Notes: generated by a model not told the origin, from the sequence alone. A stretch of DNA of 64,000 nucleotides from Antedon mediterranea (GCF_964355755.1 NC_092670.1:3772201-3836200); one strand, 5' to 3'; shown: positions 36,866-52,172, numbered from the stretch's first letter. Numbers and translations are program-made.

Positions 36866-39277
36866 TCATTTAGGGCATTGACACAACAATACAATGAATG
36901 AAATCACGTGGTAAAGTCCGAGCTGATGATAAAAGTCCTAAGACATGATTTAAAAGAGTTTAATTAATTTTCAGATTCAATATTATGTTTAATTTTGGAA
37001 GTTGGTTCCACAGAAATGGTCGAGCTGCAAAAGCAAATGACTGATTATAATAGATCTTTTAGCAGTTTGAAGGCGCGCCTACATAATAATTATACTGATA
37101 TCGGCTAAACATGGAGGTACCTCCATGGGCTAAATAAGCACATATTGCGAAAAGTCTTAGATCTTCATGTAATAATCACGGATTTGACATTTTCTCTTGG
37201 TGCAATTCATCAAAGAAATTCAATGGTAAAGACCTTAATGATCCATAATAATATATATTCTATCGTTTTACTTCATGTAATAACTGAATTGACATTTGAA
37301 GAAATCGTCTTGATTGATTTGATTATCAAAGAATGATTAAAGTAAGGACCACTGCTCCATCTTGTATCTTATAATAGCCTATTAATAACTGGATTTTATT
37401 TAGGACTGTCATCGACTGGATCTAATGTTATATCTTGGGGTGGGTCAAACTTAAAGTATTTCTGACTTATATGACTCTCCCCCCCCCCCCCATATGATTA
37501 CTTCATTGTATTTATTATCCTGTATGTATGTTATTATATTGTGGAAATAAAAATTAAATTGAAATTGAAATTGAAAATTGAATGATAAAGACAACCATGA
37601 TGCATCTATCTTTATACTTCATGTATTTGTAGACCTCAACTTGATGTTATTAAAGAAATCCAATGTTATAAACGTATACAGTACTATAATAACAGGAATA
37701 AACAAAATGCAATGCTATACCGGAATACAGAATACAATGTTATAAAATATACACAGTATTTATATAACAGGACAAGGAGAAATTAAATGCTATACAATAT
37801 ACAGTAGTAAGTCTAATCATTTTATTTTGAAGAATTATAATAATAAAATAATAGAATATTTAGGATGTTCATCAACATCCTAAATGTAGATTATATTATT
37901 TGCCTGTATTAATGTAAGACCAATACTAACTAAAATATAAACCATTACAGATAAATAATCTACAGAAATCATAAGCACGAAATTGAAACAAATATTTTTG
38001 TCTTAATTTACAATTATTGAACCAAAAAATGAAAATTAAAAGCATTTACAAGGTTTTTATTTGAACCATCGTCTGAAGTGTAGACTTAGGCCTTGAAAAT
38101 ACAGACGGGAAACGGTCGAATTCCTATCACTATTGTTTCCGCAGGTTACAACTAACAATCTAATAATTAATCAATAAAATAATTATTTCGAACCGCTGCG
38201 TGGACACAGTAGATTCTAATCGTTAACATGTCCTTGCTTTGAGTGATATGATACTAATGGAATAAAGTAAAACAATCAATAATAATTGAGGCAAAGATGT
38301 GAATCATTTATTTACATAATTTGATATTACTATTATTTTTATATGAACATTTAATTTCCGAATGATTTCATACCGTTCGAAAATGTGTGCGCGTATTTTG
38401 AACTCATCAAAGAAAATCGAGATTATTTATATAGGATTTGAAACAAGCTTATGATTATAAAATAAAATATTTATAATTCGGTTACATTTAGGAATATATT
38501 TAGTTATTACCATAATAGATTCCGAAATTGTTTGTCCTTATATCTTTCAGAGAGTATTTTAGAAAAGAAATATATCTTTCGACTTAAAACAAGGCCATAT
38601 ACATGGCTGCAGTCGCGTGCACAAATTTGAGTTAGTGTTTACCGACCGATCAACCGACCGAAAGACCGACCGACATAGTGACTAAAAAGAAATGGCATTT
38701 TTGTGTAAATTTCATTATACTGTATGTAGATTTTCAACCAGTGACTGTTGTAAGTTGACCAGAAAAAGATAATTTCTCTATCTTTTTCTGTTTCACTCCA
38801 TCTTCAGCCATCTTTAACATTACACAACATTACTGCCTTCTCACATACAACACCATTCTCTTTTATATCTTTTTTTGTCTTGTGTGAGTTCATCTCACGT
38901 TTATTTAAATTCTCATTGGTGAATATATTATATACATATAAGTACATTTGTGACTATTAAAAGTAAGGGTTTAAAGTAGTTAAAATACAGGTATATTTAC
39001 ATAATAAGATGCTTGAATTGAGTATTAACCATATTTGTTTTCATTAGCAATTTTAGATACGATGTTAATTAAATATAAAAATGAGAAATGGCGGTAAAAT
39101 ACATGATCTCTTTTATATTTGGTTCACCAGCATTTCCTTTTGTTTATTTGCTGTTTTATCAGCATCATGTGGTACATAGGCATCATCATCAGCATCATGT
39201 GGTGCAAGTTCAAGGTGCATAATTATCTTCTGCAAATGAAGTGTGATAGTGTAGACAGAGATTTACACACCATTACT

Positions 39278-39662
39278 AAAGCTTGGTTCCCACTAGAACG
39301 TAACGCAAGGACGTAAACGTAACGCAAGCGTTTTAACCAATGACAAGCGAAGTTATAGACAGAGTTAGCAATCACAAGCGAATAAGCCATCGCTTGTGAT
39401 TGGCCAATTCACTAGTGTTGCGTCGCCAGTGGGAACCACGCTTTAAGCGTGGTTCCCACTAGCGACGTAACGTAACGCAACCTACGCAACGTGACAAAAT
39501 GCCCTTCCAATAGTTGTGTTTGCCCCGCCTGCGTGAAATCAAACCTGTGATTTTTGCAGCACTGTTGCGTCGTCGGTTCCCACTTGTGATTACACAATAC
39601 AGCCCTTTGCGTCGATACGTCACTGCGGTACGTTGCGTTGCGTTCAAGAGGGAACCACGCTT
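39278..39662. mobile_element. Two abutting MITEs (39278-39443 and 39445-39662), possibly PIF/Harbinger-type
   Basis: Each has AAGC(T/G)TGGTTCCCACTAG ... GGGAACCACGCTT termini abutting TA/TAA. Confidence 0.75.
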
Positions 39663-40161
39663 AATAATGAGTGACAATGCAGTTAGCAAAATGTAATTAT
39701 CATCAAAGTGTAAAGATATATTAATCAAAGTTACTTGCTTTAAAAATGTTACATTAAAAGACTAAGGTTATACAGCTATGCTTTTATTAAATTTCTCAAT
39801 ACAAATTTTCAAATGAAATTAATCACATAAATATTAAATACATACACAATTAAACTCTTTTTTACTTTCTGAACATTGTACCATGGAAGCAGAGCACATT
39901 AATTGCACACTTATTAATCAATTAAATATCAAAACATGTAACAATAATAAATAAGATACAGTAGATTGTTTATAAAATTCTATTTCATTAGGAAAATATT
40001 TTGTAAATCGTCAAGAATGCCTACATTAATTGACATTTTGATTTGATTTGACAATGAAATTGCCAGGGAAACCCGTAACAAATGTAATTATTTATAAACA
40101 GTCGATTTAAATTACGATTTAAACATAGATTGTTGAGGATGTCCACGATTTGTGGTTACCA

Positions 40162-43100
40162 TTACAGCACATCACAACACTTCTTGCGGTTGTGAACAAC
40201 TAATTCAAGTTCCCTACGAGTACCCTCCATATTCATATAATTCCTAGCATCGGCCGACAAATTACAATGTTGCATGTCAAGTTTCCACAGCTTGGGAGAA
40301 ATGGTAAATAAAGAACGCAGTAAAGTACCATTAATATCACTGAAATTATTATCATTAATGAAGAGCATTTCCAATGCCAATTCAACTCTTCTATTTGAAC
40401 ACTCTCTGATCATCTGATTCATAACATCACCCGATAGATTGCAATTATGCATGTCAAGCCTCCACAGCTTAGGAGACATAATTAAGAAAGAACCCAGTAA
40501 AGTACCATCAATGTTGCGGAGATTATTTCCGCTGATATCAACCCTATTTAATACTAATAGAACTTTTCTAATAGCCAAATTTCTGATCATATCATTCAAT
40601 ACAAAACCTAACAAATTGCAATTAGACATGCAAAGCTCATCAAGCTGCTTAGAAGATATACTCAATAAAGAACTAAGTAAGGTACCATCAATGTTGCCAA
40701 GATTGTTTCCACTAATATCAAGGGCGGTTAATACTAAAACAACTGGTCTATTAGGCGTAGAACAAAATCTCATCATATCATTCATCACAACACTTGTCAG
40801 ATTACAATGTTGTATGTCAAGTTTCCACAGCCTAGGTGATATGATCAATAAAGAACGCAATAAATTCCCATCAAGGTTGCGGAAATGATTATCGTTAACA
40901 AAGAGCATTTCTAACGCTAATTTAACTCCTCTATCTGAACACTCTCTAACCATATGATTCATAGCGTCACCCGATAGATTGCAATTACGTATGAAAAAAT
41001 GCCATAGTTTTGGGGAAATAATTAACAATGAACCAAGTAATGTACCATCAATGTTGCTGAAATTGTTATCACTGATATTTAGCATCCCTAAAGTCAATTT
41101 ATTTCCTTTATTGCAAACCTCTATGATCATGTGATTTATTACGTCACCTGTTAATCTACAATTATGCAAATCAAGTTCACTCAAACTCGGAGACATAATC
41201 AATAAAGCACCCAGTAAAGTACCATCAATGTGGCTAAGATTATTATTACTTATATTAATCACCCTTAATCCCATTATACCCCCTACATTTGAACACTCTC
41301 TGATCATTTCATTCATAACAATACTTGACAAATTAAGAATAATACTAAGTTTAGTACTTATTCCTAAAATATGCGCAATAACTTTTCCGTTGTTGTTGGC
41401 TGTCATTACATCACAAAATGTATACAAATCATATACAGTGTATTTTAAGCAATGAAGTTTCCTACTGAGATGTATGAAATGTTCATTTTCATCTAAATGT
41501 TCATCTGGAGTTATATGGCGAAGAAACATTCTTATAGAGCTCGATATATCTACCATATATTTTTTTATTTCTAAATTCTTGCCTACCATGTAATCAATTA
41601 TTGTGTTTTTCACAATCACCTCATGTTGTTTTTTAACATAGTTTAAACAATACATTAGAGAGCGATATGACGATAGATTGTTTGTAATCCAATGTTTTAA
41701 AAATTTAACAGCACCAGTACCAAGAAAACCAATTGTAAACTCTCTTGCTATCTCTAGATGCTCACTTTCTCTTATAACCTCCCATTCATTCTCATCCAAT
41801 GGTGCAAGTAATAATTTTGTATCTTCTGAGCATTCACCCTCCGTAGCTTCACTGTCACACAGCTTATACAAATAAAATCCTACCAATGACTCAACTATCA
41901 ACTTATGCGGAGGCATGAACATCTCTTCGAAGTTGGATTTTGAAATAGGTGTATCTTTGTAAACAAATCCGAGTTTTAGGGCCATTTCAACCATACTTGG
42001 GTTACCTTTCAGATCTCTTTTGTTTATTGAAAGTTGATTTACTTTTAAGCTATTATACATACACTTTCCTAATAAAACCATAGCATTGACATACTCCAAT
42101 GGAGTGTCTTCAAAATCAGAAATCTTTCGATATGTTTCTTGTTGTTTGTTAAATTGATTCAAAATACTGCGGAAAATTTCTTTAAAAAGGTCGGCTTTAT
42201 CATGTGGAAGAGTTTGCCTCTCTTCCCACATATTACAGATTGAGAGAAGCAACATCGGATTTTTGGACATTGAATATGCCTCTTGGTGGTTGCGTTTCCA
42301 AGCATACTGATCAATCTCCAATTCTACTTTGAGAGAACTCCCCAAACTAGGACTCTTAACATACGCAAAATGTTTATCAATATACTTTCCGATATTCTCT
42401 TCACTAAACCCGTTAACTCTCACGTGTAAGTTACACTCTTTTTTGAATTCATCAATGTTTTCTGATCGTGATGTAAGTATCACAGTACTGTTTTCAAACG
42501 CATTCCTTTTGAAAAGACCAATTATTTTTTTATTATTAAATTTCAATTCATCTAATCCATCCAACAACCAAACAATCTTCTTATCATTTACCTTAATGAA
42601 CCTTTTAATCAACTTTGGATCTTTTGGAAGGTCTGTGTCTAAATTGAAATCTTCCATATCCAGTTGTTTTCCAATATGATCTAACACACCATCATCTTCT
42701 TCTAAATCTCTTATATTTAACGGAAATACAATCTTACCTTCAAATGCATTATTAGATTTATCTGTAGCCCAGTTGTATGCTAAGAGTCTTAATATAGTAG
42801 ATTTACCAATACCACCCTCACCATCTATAAGAATTTTACACCCAGGCTTAGATTTTATGATATCTGACACATTTTCTAATGTTGTTAGATGGCGTCTCTC
42901 CTTTTTGTCATTTTCTTTTACAAGTTCCAGTTCAGTGAACAATTCGGCAATATCAACTTTGCATCCAGTATTCATCGTTGCTGGCGTGAACCTGCAGGCA
43001 TTCTCACATAATTTCTCTTGTCGTTTAATCAGATACTTTTCTATTTTTGCTATACAAAAGATTGATATTGTTTTAGTGATTTCTGAGAGCATTTTCTATA

Positions 43101-44177
43101 CCTGTTTTTCTATAGCGGTTTTCATTCATTCATTCATTCATTAACTTTGTGATGTCGACCATACAAACCACAATTCGCCATCTATGCTCATCTAAAGCCT
43201 TATGTTTACTACAATATATAATATACTTTGAATTGTATGGGTTTCATGCAGCTGTGCTCAGAAAAAATATACAAGCATTTTATACATATACATACCTTGA
43301 CTATGATGCAGTAGACCTTTAGCTGATATCTTCAATATATCTAGATTGAGAAATGAGACATGATCAACTTTTGAACTTATTTAATTAAATTGATGAACAA
43401 TTATACATAAACAAAGAACATGCTTTTCAATGCTCAAAAATCGAGATGAATTTCGGAAAGGTTCGAAGAATGTTCGAACATCATGCGATGAGTTACATTT
43501 TTAATGTTGCTTAATACTTTTTGACCTCCGTAGAAGCTGGTGAATTCAGTTCAAAATGAGCCCTGAACGTAAAGTTTCTCTAGTGTTAGTAGTAACAGTT
43601 AGTAACAAACATACTGTACCTTGATCTAAAAGATTTCCGACAAGTTTATGACATAAACCCTCTTCCCAACCATTAAACACAGATAACGTTTCCAAAGATG
43701 GTGGAATCACAGCATCCTCAGTTACTTTCACAAGAATCAGTTTACCCTGATCTAGGGTGTTGTCATCTAACATTCTCTGTATAGCCGTTGCCGATACATA
43801 CTTGAGTTTGTCTGTCACTGGTTCAGATGTAAACCCTACTAAAACTTTTTTGCACTTCTTTACTGGTTCTATCAGATTGTCTATTTCATATTTGCCTAGT
43901 GTCCTGTCTTTTCTGCTTAGGCATTTGACATCTGGGTTTTCTCGTTGTAAGTCTTGTATCACTTTTTCTTCCCACCCAGCACTATTACTTATGATGTAGA
44001 AATCATAGTCATTATCTGAAAATGACAAATTCAGGGAAGCATGTTGTACGTGGTGAATAAAATGTTGTTCCATATATTACAAAACAAGATATCTAAAATA
44101 TTATTATTATTATTATTATTGTTATTTAAGATTATTAAATACAATATAAATTTGTGATTACCTAATTTACACGCCAT
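40162..44177 (-). CDS. TIR-NACHT-LRR protein (NLR), 4 coding exons, ~1114 aa
   Basis: Exons 44177-44162 (MACKL), 44015-43620 (TIR-like: YDFYI..KDRTLG..KKVLV..LILV), 43340-43296, 43049-40162, all phase-1 junctions, 3345 nt in frame. Walker A GEGGIGKST, Walker B WLLDGLDE, VILTSR, NPMLL, then ~58-aa paired LRR units; ends RKKCCDVL. Confidence 0.88.
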
Positions 44178-46499
44178 TGTCCCAGTAAGTCTTCTCCGTT
44201 GTTTTCTAATTGAATTCCTGAAATGTAGGCTATAATTTAAATAATTTCACAATTCCACAAATATTATTATTATACATTATACATTTTGTAATTGGGGAAA
44301 ACCATAATGTTAACTTGCTTTGACCTAAATGGTATGAAAAAATGTATCTTGTGGTTTACGTTAGTGATTTGTAAATTCGATCCCTATTCATAAAATGGCT
44401 GTATTCGACTTCAACTTTCTTAAATCTTCCGGTTGGTTGACTAAGTTAGACTTCATACTATACTAATATAATAATAATAATAATAATAAATAAATGAATA
44501 ATATAAATGAAGTCTGCATAAATCAATCTAGAACAATTAACTTCACGTCTATACTAATTGATAAATTATATAATTATTGTCTGTCCATTGTAGATCATCT
44601 GAGACTCAAGGCCTACGGAGTAACAATAGCTATCTATACACCACAATAGTTAACTATGATGCGATTGTAGGCTTGCTGCAGTACTATGATAGGTTCATGT
44701 CGCTTGGTTCAATCAAGTTCTCCCTGGCTCAACGTTATTATGCCATTCAAAGACTGTAAAAAATCATTTGGAATTTCTTCACAGTAAAATTATTCTTACC
44801 TTTAATGTAATCAGGATCAGTAATAAAGAATTACGTTTACTACACCAACAGTACTCTTTATTCAAACCCGCACATGTTAGAATAGCTCCACGACTGTAGG
44901 CCTACATTGTTTCCACGCCCTTTTAGACGACTTCCTCAAGACTGTTATTAGTTTAAATCAGGAAATAATCAACTAGCCGATATTAGATTCTATTTTCTCC
45001 GGTTGAACAGACACTGATACTGTAGGCCTATATACCGTAATCAGGCGGTATTATTAAGGCTAGGTCACGTACAGCAGAATTCACGTAGAATTATGTGGTG
45101 TTGTTGCTTGATTGTAAATTGCCCAGATTCTTCATTAGAAAAGAACTGATCAATTTGAATTAAATTAAGGTTAATTCTAGAACTGATATTAAGGAGTCTT
45201 TAGAACAGATATTAAGATGTCCTCTATAAACGGAGTCCTCACAAACTCATATAAGAGGTCCTCTTGTAAAATCAGGTTCCCGTCGAATTTATTTTAGATA
45301 AGTAACTAAATTATCATGGATTTCGTAACCACCAATTCCATCGATAGCTTTTTTTTTCTCTTTTGTGGCGCAAACACCACTTTGGTATTAAAACAACAAA
45401 CATGAATCGTTTTATATAACAAATCTATACGGTAGCCCCTAGGTTCGTTTTAACACATCTGTTTAACATACCTGTATATATACGGTGACCCATAGGTTCA
45501 TTGTAAGTATTAGTTTGCTTCATGGTATACTAAAAGTAGGTTTAGGCATTGTCGATTTATATCAATATTTAAAAACCATATATCAAAATATGCTATATTA
45601 TATTTATATATTATATAATATTTCATCAGTGCATTGTCCGTCAATCTGCGAACCCCATCCCCGACATTCCCAATACCTCACCCTCATCTCTGAAAATCGT
45701 CCAAATACGTGCCCCACAGTACAAAAGGTTATTCGTAAATTGAAAAATTCGTAAAATCGTTCGTGAATAACTCATACCTTCTTCTCTGTATGAGCGTACG
45801 TCGAGCGATACGTGTTTGCAAAGAGTTGCAAATGAATTTTCACCTGAAAAATAAATACGAATTTTTGGTCCCTGGATATAACATGATATTGACTCGTGTA
45901 TCGTACTCATACAGTGAGCTGGGGCAAGAACGATTCGTACAAAGGACACCGCCAGACAACAACCGCGTACCTACTGTATGTGTGGCTATTAAGTATAGTG
46001 TATCATCATCATAGAGGATTATATAGTGAATATGAATAATTTAATTACACTATAATATCTATGGTATCATGTACTGTAGTTCACATTATGGCATCCGATT
46101 ATTTTTGTCTAGGCCACCAAACGATACGTACTCAACTTTATCAATACCACATATTTACATTGATATATTTAATTTCCTCAACAAATTTCTGTCAATAATA
46201 AGCATTGAATTTTCCTTCTCACCCAAAGTGTGCTTTTTTCAGGGCTTTACCTAGATGTACGTTCGCATTGGGTGTGGGAGGGGAGAGGGCGGTCAGTGAC
46301 CCAAATACTTAGTGTCCGAAACTACTCACCCCCGAACCCCTCCCCCTCTCGACAGATTCTGGCTACGGCCCTGTTCTACTTTCCATAGGCCTATCGATCT
46401 TTTAAAGTACAACTAACTAATTTATTATAAGACAGGATGATACACATGGGTTGCTGTAGGCTAAGTCCATGGTGTCTGGAATCTGGGCAAATATTATCT

Positions 46500-47100
46500 T
46501 GAAACGGAATTTCGAGAGAACGAAATACTATTTCGAGAGAACGAAATACTATTACGAGAGAACGAAATACTATTTCGAGAGAACGAAATACTATCTAGGG
46601 AGAACGCAATACTATTTCGGGAGAACGCTATCCTATCGAACGGAACGGAATACTATTCCGAACGGAACGAAATACTTTCGAACGGAACAAAATATTTCGA
46701 ATGGAACGAAATACTATTTCAAACGAAACGAAATACTATTTCGAACGGAACGAAATACTATTTCAAACGGAACGAAATACTTTTTCAAACGGAACGAAAT
46801 ACTATTTCAAACGGAACGAAATACTATTTCGAACGGAACAAAATAGTAACGAAATACTATTTCGAACGGAACAAAATAATATTTCGAACGGAACGAAATA
46901 CAATTTCGAACGGAACAAAATACTATGTATTTCGAACGAAACGAAATACTATTTCGAACGGAACTCGAATGGAAAGAAATACTATATTCGAACAGAACGA
47001 AATACTTTTGAACGGAAAAAATACTATTTTGAACGGAACGAAATACTATTTTTAACGGAACGAATTACTTTGAACGGAACAAAATACTATTTTGAACGGA
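46500..47100. repeat. ~22-bp degenerate minisatellite
   Basis: Unit approximately GAACGGAACGAAATACTATTTC. Confidence 0.93.
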
Positions 47101-47231
47101 TGTTAGATTATTCTGTAGTCATCACATCTTTCTCTATTTATTAGTTCACTACTTATAGGTTGGGAACGTTTTTTTCTATCGTACAAAATGAAGTATGTTA
47201 GCTTAACAAAAGTTGTAATCCAATACTACAT

Positions 47232-49491
47232 ATGGATAATGAAGCGACTGATCCAGAAATCGCTTATAATGATTTTCTGGATAATTTTAAGTTTCTATAT
47301 AACAAACACCTTAAAAAAACTGTAAAGTCATCAAAACAGTATGACAAATTCAAGCAGCCCTGGATGAGTTTTGGGTTACTAAGGTCAAGTAAAAGAAAGC
47401 ATGTTCTGTATAAAAGGTTCATAAAACACCCTACTGTAAAAAACAAAAATACGTATAAAGAATTTAAAAAAGCTTTTGCACGCACGTGCAAAATCGCCAA
47501 AAAGATGTATTATGAAAATCTTTTCAATCGAACAAATGGTAATATTAAAAAAACATGGAATGTTATAAATGATGTAATTGATCCGAATAAAGGAAAAACT
47601 AAAGTTCCATCTTCTTTTACACATAGCAATGAAACTATACATGGTTGCGAAAATGTTGTAAATCATATTAATGATTATTTTATTAATGTAGGTTGTAAGG
47701 TTCGAGACAATATTGAGTCTACTACGACAAAATATTCTGAATACCTCACAAACAAACAACGCAACTCAATGTTTTTTTGCTATGTTGATGAGGAGGAGGT
47801 ACTAAAAGTTATTGAATCTCTCGATTCAAACAAAGCCCCCGGATTTGATGACATTTCAGCTAAAGTTGTAAAGGAAGTAAAATACAATATTTTAAAGCCG
47901 CTGACATATATTTTTAATTTATCACTTCAAACTGGACTAATACCAGGGAAGTTGAAAATTTCCAAAGTAGTTCCCATACATAAAAAAGGGGACCGCCATT
48001 TGGCCTCAAACTATCGTCCCATATCGCTGTTGCCCATTTTTTCGAAAGTTTTTGAAAAGATTATCCATAATCAATTATACAATTATCTTACAAAATGTAA
48101 AGTGTTAAGCAACAATCAATATGGATTTAGAAACAAACACTCAACTTCTCATGCTATGATCGACTTGGTCCATAAAATATTAAATGCATTTGAAAAAAAG
48201 GAATATGCACTTACTACCTTTATGGATTTGTCAAAAGCGTCACAGTATTCTGTTGAGCAAATTGGCGCATTATGGTATAAGAGGCATCGTTTTAATGTGG
48301 TTTAGAAACTATTTAAGTGGCCGCAAACAATATGTTTATGCCAACGGTAGATCATCATGTTTAAAAGACACCAATATAGGGGTGCCACAGGGTTCTGTTT
48401 TAGGACCACTTTTGTTTTTAATTTACATCAATGATATAAGTCGAGCAAGTAGTAAAATAGATATAATTAGTTTTGCTGACGACACAACTTGTATAACAAG
48501 GGGAGATGACCCTACAATGTTAAACCATACTATGAATATTGAACTAGAAAAAATAAACGTATGGCTTAAAGCAAATAAGCTGTTACTGAATGTCAGCAAA
48601 ACTAATTACGTTGTTTTCAGAACTAGCCAAAAGAACTTTGATAAAAACCAGTTTAAAATAAAAATGAATAATGTGTTATTACATAGAAAAATGTGACATT
48701 TCTAGGTGTAATGTTAAACGAAAATCTTAACTGGAAACATCACATACAGCTTATTAGGAAAAAAATGTCTAGGGCAATTGGTATACTTTTAAAAGTAAGA
48801 GAATTCTTTCCTCATAAAGTCCGTATTAGTCTTTATAACACCTTAGTATTACCTCACCTTCAGTATGGTAACTTAATATGGGGAAATACATACAAGAGCA
48901 CGTTAGAAGTAATACTAAAACTCCAAAAGAGAGCTGTAAAATGCATTACCTTCTCTAAATCCAGACAAGCCTCAGAGCCACTGTTTAAGAAACTAAAAAT
49001 ATTAAACGTTTATGATATTTACAAAGTAAACGTCATAGGATTTATGGCAAACGTAAAATTCAATGAATTACCACATCACATTTTAAATATTTTTAATTAC
49101 TGTGACAGTATTAGGCCTACTCATAACCTCAGAACAGAAACTGAATTCGAAATTCCCTTCACAAGACCAACTTGCAGTCAACAGTTTATACACATATATG
49201 GACCAAAATTGTGGAAAGAATTCACTTGTAATGGTGGTAATAAACCGGTTATCTTAAAGAAACAAAATAAATGTATAAAAAAACAGGTTAAAAAATACTT
49301 TTTATCACTATATGCTGATTAACAACACCTTTGTTTATTTAAGTTCTATATACTTGTTCTTATGTAAAAGGGTCCTACAAAAAAACGAAGCTATAGCTTT
49401 TTTATGCAGGATCCCTGTTCTCAGTTGTACTGTAATTATGATGTACTGTAATTGATGACTAAATAAATGTGGAATAAATAAATAAATAAAT
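47232..49491 (+). mobile_element. 5'-truncated, frameshifted L2/Crack-like LINE
   Basis: RT split over three ORFs (breaks at ~48240 and ~48690); [18 protein letters not shown]; 3' stem-loop AGGGTCCT..GAAGCTATAGCTT..AGGATCCCT; (AATA)n tail. Confidence 0.92.
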
Positions 49492-50133
49492 ATGCAAAAT
49501 GCACAATGGCAATGTGTAGAAAATTAGCTTAATACAGAGGTTGACAATGAACCAGATATTTACTGTAGTTCCCCTCTTTTAAAATATAAAGATTAGATTG
49601 TGCATGAAAGAGGAAATTGTGTACCTAATGTCAATCATTCATTTTCCATTAGAAAATAACATCAATAATACAACATTTAATTTTAATAGGTGTTCGTATA
49701 TATATATGTTCTAGTAGTAATAACTCAGGCATAATAATACAGTACTCATTATACGGTTATAATAGGCCTAATGACATGTAATAACATACTAAACTCTACA
49801 GTATTATTCATCATAAAAACAGGAACAACTATTTACAATATCGGTATACATTTACTTTCGCTTTCTAATGTCATATTGTTCCACGCCTTTTATTAACCTT
49901 TCATTCTAATGCGGGTTAAGTGACGCATGCATCTCCAATCATGTGATTTAGTTCAGTAGGTATTTCTCACAAAATGTTATTTATTCTCGTTATTGCATCT
50001 TTTCATGTGCGCTCGCCAGCTGGCATAATGTGGATGATTCGCACACAAGACCATTTTCTGGGTTGTTAAACACGGCTTTCTTGGGCTAATTATTATTGTT
50101 ATTAGGAGGGCCTTGGACCATTTGTGTGTATTG

Positions 50134-52172
50134 TTACATTAGTATCAGGCTCTCACTATGTTCCTCTTCTTTTTTTCCGTGGCCATCTCTTGTGTATCCA
50201 TTCATTTCTGCGTAAATGAACACTTCGTTCCAAATGCGGTTCTTTTCAGCTTCTTGTTTTGAGCTATATTGAGTTGTAAACAATATTGACAGTAATTTAG
50301 GAAACGCCCCCATTACCAATGTTAACATAGACTTACTAACATCACTATATTTCTCAAAATCACCATTAGCTGTAACAATCGTAGAGCAAGCGATTGCAAA
50401 GAAAATGCCAACAATGGCGTTCCACAGAAACAACTTTGCTTTCTGAACACTCGTCTTTTTGCAGTTATTGATGACGTGAAAGAACAGTGTTTCTGGAAGT
50501 GTTGGAACCAATTCTGTGTAGACAACGAGCGATTTGGATATTACAGGGACGTTATGCTTTTGATTATCTAGTTTATTATTAATAAAATCGTATAAATCGC
50601 GTTTATCATGACCCGACTGCCAGGCCTCTCCTGCATCCACTACGGTACGCCAAAGTGCAGCGTATGAGTTGCAATATTCTTTAACGCTACTAAGAATATA
50701 CCAAAAAAAGAAGAGGAATGTGATAGCTCGTAAAACAGCTTCTTCGTCGTAGTTGGTTACTATACCAATAGTTGTCAGAACAATCATATGCATAAGAAAG
50801 TAGGCAATGCTCATTACCTGAAGTGATAGACATACCACAAAAGTTGTGAACAAAACTGCACGTACAATTTTCAATAGTATACAAATTGGAATACATATTC
50901 TACAAAACTGTTGGTCTAGTGAACTTTTGAAGATAGATAGTATTGGTTCTATAGTAAAGAAAAATAGTGGAAATATATACCTTAGCAGACGAAATACAGA
51001 AACTAAAATATCAATAATAAACAATATAAAGCGAACAATTATAATTGAACTGTTTGAAGTAAATCAGCAAATGGCCTGTCTCTCCAAATCTTACGATTGA
51101 TCACAAGTTTAATTCGATTCAACATTTGACGGTACAGACATGTGTACCGGTTGCTGTCAAAGTCTACTCCACAGTCGGAGCCATCGTTGAAAACAGACAG
51201 TGTTGCCGGACGTATAATAAAGATTGACAATGCACAGATCTGGGCATAATCTATAAAGACATACTTCAACGGATACTTTTCAATTATGGCACTGCCGACA
51301 CCGCTTAAAAAATAAATTAACACACACAACATAAACACCCGAATGCTTAGTATCCATGAATGCGTATTACCCCAATGTAAGATGCCGTACATTGCACCTA
51401 CAGGTAACGGAGAATCTAAAGCCAATCTTGATTTTTCTGTGTGTGTATTTACACGACGTTTGCGATGGGGATTCTTTAACAACACACCGATTAACAAGGG
51501 ACAGAAGAATAATACTATACAGCAAATTGCAGTAATATAATATTCACGCCAACAATAATGTAACGATACTTTGCAAACTCCTCCATCATCTATAAAGTTT
51601 ACACAAACTGATTTGTAGAATGGGTTGTACGATATTCTGTTTACGAAACAAAAATAACCGCTTTCACTAAGATTTCTTGGTATCGTTTTCAGAACAAGTA
51701 AAACTATGTTATTTATGGACGGAATACAATCATCAGGAAAATCCAAATCCACTGTTGTCTCGTTTAGTTGTATTGTCTTCAAAGACAGAATTGTGTAGCT
51801 ATTTAGATAGGGCATCACAGTAGCTTCTACACGACTGTCAAACCACTTAAATTGAAACAAAGTAAACGTGTCATTAAATATTCCATTATAAACATAATAT
51901 GTATCTTCAGTGTTAAAGTTTACAACTGAAATAACATCTTTCTTAATACGAGCAATCAGTTGTTCACCGGTGATGGGCTTGTTGTCAATTTTCATTGTTG
52001 GTATTTTCATCGTACATGTATTAGGCCAATGTAATTCCGTTTCCGGCACAAAACAATCAATCTTCTTACTAATTGAGTTATCACCATTTATGTAACGCGT
52101 TACATCTTCTCCATAAACATTTCCACCTACAATAAATAGATAAACGAAAAAACAAATCCATGACGACGCCAT
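50134..52172 (-). pseudogene. Uncharacterised multi-pass membrane protein paralog B1, frameshifted at ~51064-51071
   Basis: Signal peptide, ~200-aa Cys-containing ectodomain, many TM segments. About 8 extra nt after DRPF relative to B2 split it into 377-aa and 296-aa ORFs, both collinear with B2. Confidence 0.75.

Noticed and set aside
38070-38108. Possible second hammerhead (CGTCTGAAGT...GAAAATACAGACG)
   Set aside because: Core reads CTGAAGT rather than CTGANGA and stem II does not pair.
44294-44304. Rel/NF-kB-like site GGGGAAAACCA near the NLR 5' end
   Set aside because: Single short motif expected by chance; no supporting cluster.
46469-47144. ORFs with ERTKYYF/ERNEILF repeats
   Set aside because: Translation of a ~22-bp minisatellite.
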